64,000 bases of DNA from Blastocystis sp. Blastoise (taxonomy: Eukaryota > Protista > Bigyra: Opalinata): NCBI GenBank assembly GCA_039096225.1, contig JBBPEB010000013.1, positions 620,001-684,000 of the forward strand, written 5' to 3'. The position numbers were made by a program, and so were the translations under genes. Below are positions 54,071 to 64,000 of this stretch, piece by piece. The notes under the pieces are model-generated. The model was not told where the DNA came from. It was given only the letters and a program-made list of their open reading frames with translations, and did no database searches. The stretch's first letter is position 1. Each line of letters begins with the position of its first letter.

Positions 54071-54463
54071 AGAGATTTTTATTCCGAAACTATTCGATTC
54101 CTATTGAAAAGCCTTATACTGTGCAGTGAAGAAGTTAAAAGTCTTAGTTTTTAGGATATCTAAAAACTTCATGAATACTTTGGTCATATATACGCTGTAA
54201 AACTTTCTTTTTATACATTGAGGAGTTCATCTAATATTATCTGAGATAACTGACCAACTATTTTAATATTTCTAAATAGTAAATTAAAAAAATGTACTGT
54301 GTGAAATTTTTTTTGTATATCACTAGATCGTAAATGTGATTATTATATGCATATAAAATAGATTTCAAAAAATATTTTTTTATAAAAATTTGACATTTAT
54401 TACTGTTAGTATAGTGGAATAAGTTATTTCTTGAAACAAATTATTTTTTCATTTCTTATTATC

Positions 54464-57400
54464 ATGTCGCAAACAGAAGGTACAAAGACCTATCAGGATT
54501 ACTTTGCAGAAAAAAATTATGATAAGGCCCTAAGTATCATATCTCAACAACTCACTTCAGTAGGTTTCCATGTAAATATATTTTTATTGTCTCTAGTCTT
54601 CTGAACCAAACTTGACTCTGGAATATAACAGAGATGTATGCCTTTTTTTAAAAGATAAGCAAGAAGATGCTAATCAATTCATTCAAAATTTGACTCGTTT
54701 TTATAATCAATTTCATGAGACATGTGAAAGAGATGATCCTGATGCATTTCTTGCAAGCGTTATTTTTTTGTACAACCGTGTATGTATTCAAAGGCTCTAA
54801 AACTATATATACGATATATATTATTATAGGCTCTAGCATTATTTGTCAATAACCAGTTTCAAAGTGCGATAGATTCTTTCAAAAATGTTGCTGAAAAGGT
54901 TTCTTCCAGAAGCGAATTGTTGCCTTTAGAAATTCGATGCTATTATATTTTATTAGATATATATTTTATTATATTTAGCTCTCACGGAAAGAATAAAAAA
55001 GTATCTATTATATTTTATGGTAATAGCAATAGTATCTGAGTATAATATATTTATAGTGGCTTGAAACTGTTTGTAATTCTGTATTTCAAGCTATAGATAA
55101 AAACACATCCAAGTATATACTAATATAAATGAAATAGGTTCATATATATACTAAATAATAACATAAATAATAACTTATATACAATATATAATACTATTAA
55201 TATAATAAATAATACTTAAATGAATGATACTATTCTATATTGAGATTTATTGGGATATAATCTATTTTATACTTTGTTGTATAGATTGTCCAAATTATCT
55301 AAAGAAGAAAGAGACTATTTATCATTTCTATATGATGCTTATAAAATCTTATTACAATGCTATGTTGATAATTCTAAAAATAAAAAGAAAGTATACATTT
55401 TAATTATATATATACATTATATACTTAGTTATTATTATTAATTATGAATTCTATAACATATATATGTATAATTATATTATTATAGAATTCTTTATCGAAT
55501 GATATTATAATCAATTTAAAAAATCATCCCTGTTATTCTTATTTCACTGCTTATATTGCTTATTTACGTTCAAGACTTGATTTTAATCGAGGGAATTACT
55601 TGAAATCATTGAAATCACTGGATTTCTTTATAGATGATAAGAATAAGAATTGTAATTATTCTTATTATCTTTCAAACGGTAATTGCCAATTTATGACAAG
55701 TCATTTTTCATTAGCTCTTTCATATTATTATAAAGCTGTTGAAGTATATTTTTTGTATTTTTATAATTAAAAATCATATATGACTATTATTATGTACATC
55801 ATCTTTTTATATGGTAGTATTTATTTTTGTTTATACTTTTATTCTTTGAGAAATTATTTTGTTTTGTCTTTTTTTTTATGAATTCTGAATTCTGAGTTTT
55901 TTTATTCTCTTGAATCTTTTTATCAGTCTTCTGTTTCACTGTTTATTATCATTCTTACTCTTATTCATCTTATTCTTCTTGATTTAATTTCTAAAACTCT
56001 TATGTTTTCGTTCTTCTTTTCTAGTACTCTCCCGATACACTTCATAGTTCTTTACTCTATAAGAATATTGCTCTTGCTTATATGGCCAATCAAGACTATA
56101 TTAAAGCTAGTTCCTATTTTAATAAGTATTTAGGATTATTTCCTTATAATCCTTCTGTCTGGCTTCGTCTTGGAGAAACATATCTTATGATTTATAAACA
56201 ATTCGTATTTTATTATAGTATTATTATATTAAAATGAACAATGTTTATTATTCTTCGTTTATATCTATTTTATTATACTCTTAATAAGGGATCTATATGA
56301 TAATACTATACTTTTTTTTTACTCAAATCTAGTATAAACAACTATTCTTATTATATAACTATCATATATATATTATATATCTAAATCTATATATATATAT
56401 ATAATATATAACTCTAGGTTCCAAAGGATTCTTTAATTGATATGATTATTAATTCTCAATTATATCTTACTCCAACATCCACGAATTCTATTGGTCAATC
56501 TCCACGTTACAATTCTATCTTCCAATCAAAACCAAATCCTAATTATAATCAATATGTATTGTATGTTACTATATATATTGGTTTGTTAAGCATTTCATTT
56601 TTTGTGTTTATTTTACATGCTATTTAAGTTGCTTCTCCTTAACGATCTATTTCTTCAGTTTTTATACACTATATATATGTTAGATATCTTTGTATTGTCT
56701 ATTTCTCTTTATTCACTATGGTCTATGTCTATATATATTTTATATAAATATAGATATGCTATACAATGTTTTCAGTCTGCCCGCCATCAGTTTATCACAT
56801 CTTCTACTTCAACTGCTTCTCCTATTCATCCCTATTTAGTATCTGATAATAAGACAGAGTATCAACCGTCGCTTCATTGTACAATCTATCTTGCTTACTG
56901 TAATTTATGTATGTTCTTTTCTATGTATTCCATTTATATTTATTATTTACTATTATAAATTATTATTGATCTTTGCATAATGTATATATTAGTATGTTAA
57001 TTCTATTCTCGTAATCAATATACTTATATCAGTCTATACTCTAATAATATTATTATTGTTTTTGTTCTATAAGATCCTATAGTATATTTATATATTTCTA
57101 GTAATTCGTAATCCTTCTGATACAATTCTTCTTATTGATTCCATATATCATTCACCTACAGCTTCTTCTCTTCCTTCTACACTTAATATACTACTTCATA
57201 TATATTATACTCAAGCATGTATTCTTCTTGGAAATATACCTGTATATATATTACTATTTTTTTGTGTGGTTATATAATATATAATATATAATATATAATA
57301 TATAATATATAATATATAATATATAATATATAATATATAATATATAATATATAATATATAATATATAATATATAATATATAATATATAATATATAATATA

Positions 57401-58139
57401 TAATATATAATATATAATATATAATATATAATATATAATATATAATATATAATATATAATATATAATATATAATATATAATATATAATATATAATATATA
57501 ATATATAATATATAATATATAATATATAATATATTATATATAATATATGTATATGATATAATGTATATAATATAATATATAATATATAATATATTATAAA
57601 GGATGTATATGATATAATATATAATATACAATATATCTTAATCAATTCATGTAATTTGTGATATATAAAAAGAATACTATATATATATATATATAGAAGG
57701 CATTTGAATATATTGATCCGTTGGTTCATACAGAATTATATATAGATACTTATTTATCTATTGAACATAAATCACAGAAATCACAGTCTAATTCAGATAA
57801 ACAAAAACAAACATTAAATGATGATTCTCCTAATAATTTTGATCCTTATTGTTTAGGATCAACTATTCTTGGCGACTCCACAAAATATTCACAATATATG
57901 CTTTATCATTTAGCTGTTGTATGATTATTTATTTATTTAGTATTCTATTCGTTATATATATATAGACTTACTATTTAATGAGTTCCTTTGATAAATCACT
58001 TGATGTATTAAATAACATTATTGCAAAAGATAACAAATTTACTATTGCTATCAAACTATATTATATCGTTTTGATGAGATCTAAAGGTGAACATGATGCA
58101 GGACAATATATGCTTAATAAAATTAATCCATTACTTTAA
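54464..58139 (+). CDS. CNOT10: CCR4-NOT subunit 10-like TPR protein, multi-exon
   Basis: YLRSRLDFNRGNYLKSLKSL..NGNCQFMTSHFSLALSYYYKAV; LLYKNIALAY..YNPSVWLRLGE; LAYCNL. Confidence 0.78.
57273..57533. repeat. (TATAATA)n heptamer microsatellite in a CNOT10 intron
   Basis: Perfect heptamer run; source of the YIIYYIL ORFs. Confidence 0.93.
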
Positions 58140-58336
58140 AACTGTAGTTAATTATCATATTTTTAAAATTTTATATTATTGTTTTGTAAATTAGATATTA
58201 ATTAAATTTAAAAATCTATTTGAATATACGTAGCTTTATTTTCATTTTTGACATAGTCTTTCTAAGAAAAACGACATGAAAATTGATTCTAAGAAGAATA
58301 ATTTTATTTTTACTTATTTTAAACGGGTTTTGAAAT

Positions 58337-60124
58337 ATGGCTGTATATTATCACAATAAGTTAATTCTAAAGTGTATTTTAGGAAGCATTCTGTAGATGG
58401 GATGATGAACGAACAGGTATCAATCCATTCGTTCCTGATCGCGTTAAAAGTTATAAGAATATTTTTACTGCTATTTTATCCTCAGTATTTGGAGTTATTA
58501 TATTTGCTATAAAACTTCCAATCATTGTCGTATTGACCATTTTGTTTTGTATCAGTTGGTGTTTAGAATTGATTGTAAGCTTATTTTTATTTGAAATTGT
58601 GATTAATCTATATAGATGCCAATTAATTTCTTAAAACGATTTATATGGAAATTTATGACTTCATTAATCGTTCGTATATTACTTTTTGTTCTTGGAATTT
58701 TTAATATTCGTGAATCCTATGCTGAAAAGCGAATTCTTCGTATTCGTTCCGAGACCGATCCTAGAACTCGTTTTACTACTATTAAAACATCTCAAATAAT
58801 TATATCTAATTTTGTTGGTTATGTACAAATCCTTGTCTATATAGCAAAGTATATGATTAAATGATTATCTTTAATATTTTATATTTTTGAATAGAGTTTC
58901 GGACTGCTTTGGTTTTGTTAACGAAAAAGTATATATATATTATTGATTAGCTTGACGTAGTTTTTTTTTCTTATTTTTTTTAATTATATAATATATGCAT
59001 ATTATGATGATTATTATAAAGGGCGATATTGTTACATATACTGGCGTAAAGGCAATTCTACAAGCTATTAAGAAAACACCTATATTAGAAAAGGTATATT
59101 TCTATTGAATTATTGAATTATTGAATTATATATATATATATATATTTGTTATTATTATTTCTGGAATAGTTTCATATATATATTGTAAATATTGTTAAAC
59201 AAGAAAATAATAGAATATATTTTTTATATTTACATGAATAGGTTATTTGAGTGTATTTTTTTTATATATACATTATAGTTTCTTTATATATATATATAGG
59301 GAGTTTCTATAGAAGAAGCTAGTAGAAAAGCATATACTCCTCTTATTGTATTCCCTGAAGTATATATTATATATTATAATTATATATTATATATTATATA
59401 TTATATATAAAACATTAAGCTTTTAATATATTATATATTATATATTATATTATCATAATATTCTAGATTATTCCTACTAATGGAAAAGGTATTTTATTAT
59501 TTAAAGCTTTAAATAAATCTACTGATTCCATGAGTAATTACAACTTGATGGGTGTTCAGTATGTACTATTAATACTAATAATAATAAACATAATAATAAT
59601 AATAGTTATTATTATCATTCATTCTTATTAATCTATATATCTGAATAACTATAGTTATTATAAATATATATTCTAACATTATCTATATATAGATTTGATG
59701 GTTCTCTTATTATACCAACTCATTCGACTTCAACTATTTTGAGACATTTCTTATATTTATTATTCCAAGTATATAACATTTATAGTTCATTTTTATATCA
59801 TCATTATTTATAAATATATATTATTCTTTTGCACGTAAATAATATTTTTTTTATATATATTATTCCTTTATATGCATATTATTCTTATACATATATATAA
59901 TGACAATATATATGTATATAATATAGCTTCAATCAAATGCTAAAATTATATGGTTGTCTAATAAGGATTTAAATCTTCTTCCTAGTTCAGAAGATATATT
60001 GAATACCTATCGTGGTTTATTAGCTAGTATGTTAGGAGTAGAACCATTAGAATTAGGTGAAACTGAAGGTAGAAATTTCTTAAAATATTTTGAATCTAGA
60101 ACTAAAAAAGATAAACGTGTTTAA
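58337..60124 (+). CDS. LOA1/Vps66-like lysophospholipid acyltransferase, multi-exon
   Basis: N-terminus MAEAFCRWDDERTGINPFVP; IIISNF; LIVFPE|IIPTNGKGILLF. Confidence 0.75.
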
Positions 60125-60235
60125 GCTTCTCTATTGTCCTTTGATATGTATACAAATATTTATATATATATTCTTTTCTGTATATAGAAAAAAATATGAA
60201 TTATAATTATTATAAAAAATTGTTGTTAGTTTTCC

Positions 60236-60272
<37 letters not shown>

Positions 60273-60386
60273 TAATAATAATAAATGAAAAATTGAACAA
60301 AACAACTAGTTCATCTTTTTAGTTTTTATAATACAAGCTATTCATAATAATTATATATTGATTAAATAAACTACATGTCTCATTGC

Positions 60387-61129
60387 TTACTATAGAGTAA
60401 TAACAGGTGTAAAAAATCAACATGATAAAGAGAAGTATTAATTATATAAATATACATAATATATAATAAATAAGAATATTAATAATATTCATGATAATTA
60501 AAGATATAAATATACCTTTTCAAGTTGTTTTAAAGGTTGAATTTTCATAAGAGATAATTGTTTAGTAATATGATCTTTATTTGTTTCATATACTGTTCCA
60601 TTCATAATCATTTCATCTAAAATATAATGTACTTTCTCAAGATTCAACATGATCTATATATATAGGATAACAATAATTATTATTAATTTTCAATGAAAAT
60701 TTTGTTTATAATATAATATATATATAGAATATTTATTTTATAAAGAACAGTTTGTCTCAAACTACATACATCTAATTCAGTCTATAAAAATATAAAAACA
60801 ATATATAAAGAGTATATAAATAAACTTACAAGTCTTGTGAAATAAAGTTCAAGAGAACCAACGAATAAATTCATGAATTCATATAAAGATAAGATATTTT
60901 CATCAGCTTCCATGGTTGTACCGATAAGGAAAATGAGTCTGCCAAAATGACGATAAATGACTCTATAACCTCTATGTTCAAAAACAGAGCATTCTTCATC
61001 TCTTCTACCTAAACAGATTCTAGTGACTTCACCTTCAAGAGTAGAACGTTCTTTTGCATTTTCGAAGGTATAGTACTTTGAGAAACGTGTTTGACCTGAT
61101 TTATTAACAATAAGTAAGAATTGAATCAT
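60387..61129 (-). CDS. AP4S1: Adaptor complex small subunit, AP-4 sigma-like
   Basis: MIQFLLIVNKSGQTRFSKYY..VIYRHFGRLIF..ENILSLYEF..TELDIMLNLEKVHYILDEMIMNG; exact last exon uncertain. Confidence 0.8.
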
Positions 61130-61444
61130 TATTATAAGGAAAAAATACAAATAAAACAGAATAAGATATTTTTTCTTTTCTGAATCTATGTTTTCTGAAG
61201 TTCTTTTGGGAAGTTTCACGGTTTTTCAAGGGTATCGAATTATTGTGGGAAAAACAGAAAAAATAAAAAAATAAAAAACCAACAAATGATGGTTTTTATT
61301 AAGGGGGTCAAGAAAAAATGACGAAAATGACTGAAAAAATAATTTCGACCCAGGGGTATTGTGACGTTTATTTTTATTTGTCACTCTGAACAAAACCATG
61401 AAAAGTGTAAATAGCAAGTACTTTTTTCAAATTCTTTATCCACA

Positions 61445-62843
61445 ATGGTATATACATCTTTATATAAATAGAGATAACATTTCTTTCTATGAGTACTGAT
61501 TTCAATATGAAAGAATCAGAAAAAATAGATTTTCATTGTTTTTTATCATAATTTGTTTCATTTTGTTCTTAATATTGTTTTTATTGCTTTGAGAAAACTT
61601 ATTTATGTTGTTGATTAATGGCTAGATCTCAACAAAAGCACTTAAAGCGTTTAAATGCTCCTAAGCATTGGATGTTAGATAAGATGGGAGGTATTTGGGC
61701 CCCTCGTCCTTCTTCCGGTCCTCATAAGCTCCGTGAATGTCTTCCTCTTATTCTTATGATCCGTAATCGTCTGAAATACGCTCTTACTGGTCATGAAGTT
61801 AAGATGATCTGTATGCAAAGACTCATTAAGGTCGATGGTAAGATCAGAACTGAACCCACCTTCCCCGCTGGTTTCATGGATGTTGTTACTATTGAACTCT
61901 CTAACGATCGTTTCCGTTTACTTTATGATACCAAGGGTAGATTCGTTCTTCACAGAATTGATGAACAAGAAACTAAGGTATTTATATTGAATTTATTTTT
62001 TATTATACATTATTTGCTTTTAATATTTATTTTTTATAGTTTCTAATATTTTTTTTTATTAATTTTATGATTTCTTAATTAAAAATCATTTTATAAACTT
62101 TTTTTTTATTATGATTGATGTCAATATGTTATTATATATATATATATTATAAATATATTCTATATATATTATGTTTTTTCTCTATTAATTACTTACAAAT
62201 AAAATGAATATTCTTATGATGATTATTTCTTTATAGTTCAAGCTTTGCCGTGTTATGAAGAAGCAAACTGCTCAAAACAAAGTTCCTTTCATTGTTACTC
62301 ACGATGGTCGTACTATTCGTTATCCTGATCCCGCCATCAACGTTAACGATACCATCAAGCTTAACCTTGAAACTGGTAAGATTGAACAAGTCGTCAAATT
62401 CGAAAACGGTAATCTCGTTATGATCACCAAGGGACGTAACACTGGTCGTATTGGTACCATCGTTCGTCGTGATCGGTATATATTTATATAATTTTGTTTG
62501 TTTCTTATTATATACATTTTATATATTTAATATATATTTAATATTGAATAATTTATATATAATCAATCTCTTTTTATTTTTTAATACTTCTTATATGTCA
62601 TAAATTTATTAGAATTAATAACAATAATATTCTTTATATATATATAATTAATATTTATATCGTCACTTTGGTTCTTTCGATATTGTCTTAATCAGAGATG
62701 CTGCTGGTCACGAATTCGCTACTCGTCTCGGTAACGTTTTTGTTATTGGTGAAGGTGAAAAGGCTCTTGTTTCTCTTCCTTACGGTAAGGGTATCAAGTT
62801 ATCTATTCTTGAAGAAAAGGCTGCTCGTACTCACAAGAATTAA
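61445..62843 (+). CDS. RPS4: 40S ribosomal protein S4 (eS4); exons 61445-61447, 61621-61977, 62237-62475, 62663-62843
   Basis: [61 protein letters not shown]; 259 aa. ATG at 61618 is an alternative start. Confidence 0.96.
62476..62662 (+). other. Non-canonical GT...CG intron in RPS4
   Basis: CGT GAT CG|GTATAT...TTTATATCG|T CAC TTT GGT restores the conserved RDRHFGSFD; nearest upstream AG (62611-62612) is out of frame. Confidence 0.85.
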
Positions 62844-63085
62844 ATTTTGTAAACAAAGTTGGATAAGAATTTGCAAAGAAAAAAATATTGTTTTGTTCAT
62901 TTTATAAAAGTTTATTCTTATAATAATTAAAGTATATATATATATAACTAGAAAAGAAAATTGTTTAGAATGTTGTGTTTTAGGTGTAGTAAAACATATA
63001 ATAGAAAAAATTAAAAATTTTTGAAATAAACAAAAAAACATCAATAAAATCTTCTTCTCCAAAAATGGAATAAATGTAGGATAAC

Positions 63086-63902
63086 TTAAGAATGGGGTTT
63101 TTCCTTCTTACCACGGAAAAGAGCAAGAAGAGAAGTCTTAGAGACACAGACAACCTTGAAACGAACTCCGGGAATATCACCGACGGCGTGACCAGAACGA
63201 CCGAAACCGGCAATAAGGACTTCATCGTTTAGTATAGATGAATTAATGATTGTTGAATATAAGTAATTAATTATATAATACGTTGTCATCAATATATATA
63301 TGTAAATAATATTTATGTATAGAAAAAGGATCACAATACGAATCAATAAAATAGGTAATATTAATAGTATATAGAAATAAAATAGTGGCTAAAATGAATG
63401 CATACGTTTTCATCGACAAAGTTTAAGCAACCATCACGAGGAACGAAAGCAGTGATCTTCTTTCCGTTCTTAATAAGTTGACAACGAATACACTTACGAA
63501 TAGCGGAGTTAGGTTGTTTGGATTCGACACCAATACATGAATAATAAAATAAATAAATATTGAATAAAATAAAAATAAATTATATATTAAAAGGATAAAA
63601 ATAAGTAAATAATGAAAAAAATAAAATAAATAGTAGATACATACATCTTTTCGGTGACAATACCCTTAGCCATAGTAGCACCACCTAAAACGTTAGCCTT
63701 AATGGAGGCAGCAGAGTGGGTTTTGTTGTAATGCTTATCAGCCCATCTTTCAGTTCTACGGTGAATATGTAATTTACGAGCAGCTCTAATACCGCTTGGT
63801 TTTCCATATAAATTAGATGGTTATTTTCATGTCTAGTCGTTGATGTTCGTATAGTCAGATGAATGACTAACAATAAATATAGAATACATACCCCTTACCC
63901 AT
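63086..63902 (-). CDS. RPS23: 40S ribosomal protein S23 (uS12); exons 63902-63892, 63803-63645, 63532-63406, 63226-63086
   Basis: [71 protein letters not shown]; 145 aa. All three introns end in non-AG dinucleotides. Confidence 0.96.
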
Positions 63903-64000
63903 GTTTGAATGTAGTGAAGAAGATTATTAATATTAGCAGAAAAAGCTCCTTTTGGAAATTTACCAAAGAAAAAGTGTCTTATTGGACTGCTTCTTTTCAT

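Noticed and set aside
63227-63405. U12-type (minor spliceosome) explanation for introns ending AC or AT
   Set aside because: Donors are GTATGC, GTATGT or GTATAT rather than RTATCCTT, no TCCTTAAC branch site is visible, and GG, CG, CT and CC ends would remain unexplained.

Overview
This is a very AT-rich (roughly 20% GC by eye), intron-rich eukaryotic nuclear window, not prokaryotic. The gene set (complex I subunits NDUFA2 and NDUFA7, a presequence-bearing bacterial-type aspartase, TLDc genes, a mucin-like surface protein) fits an anaerobic gut protist such as a low-GC Blastocystis lineage; that assignment is inference only. Genes assembled by hand: partial TLDc, a large BEACH/WD40 gene, D-type-like cyclin, RibB-GCHII fusion, SEC61B, a UFM1-like gene, NDUFA7, PGS1, RPL7, a type I surface protein, NDUFA2, BTB-TLDc, two inverted aspartase copies around an SSUH2-like gene, CNOT10, a LOA1-like acyltransferase, AP4S1, RPS4 and RPS23. 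Mobile DNA: an intact hAT transposon (13-bp TIR, 8-bp TSD) and a 2.8-kb non-autonomous element with 44-bp inverted ends. The most striking signal is nine GT-starting introns that lack the 3' AG and instead end in a copy of the last two bases of their own upstream exon (GG, AT, AC, CG, TG, CT, CC). This is either an undescribed splicing or RNA-templated rule, or an RNA-seq polishing artefact; raw genomic reads would decide. Also notable: a gene-free stretch with arrays of constant-loop hairpins, and a GC-rich CRCGGGA / TTCCCGYGGGAA motif over-represented in exons.
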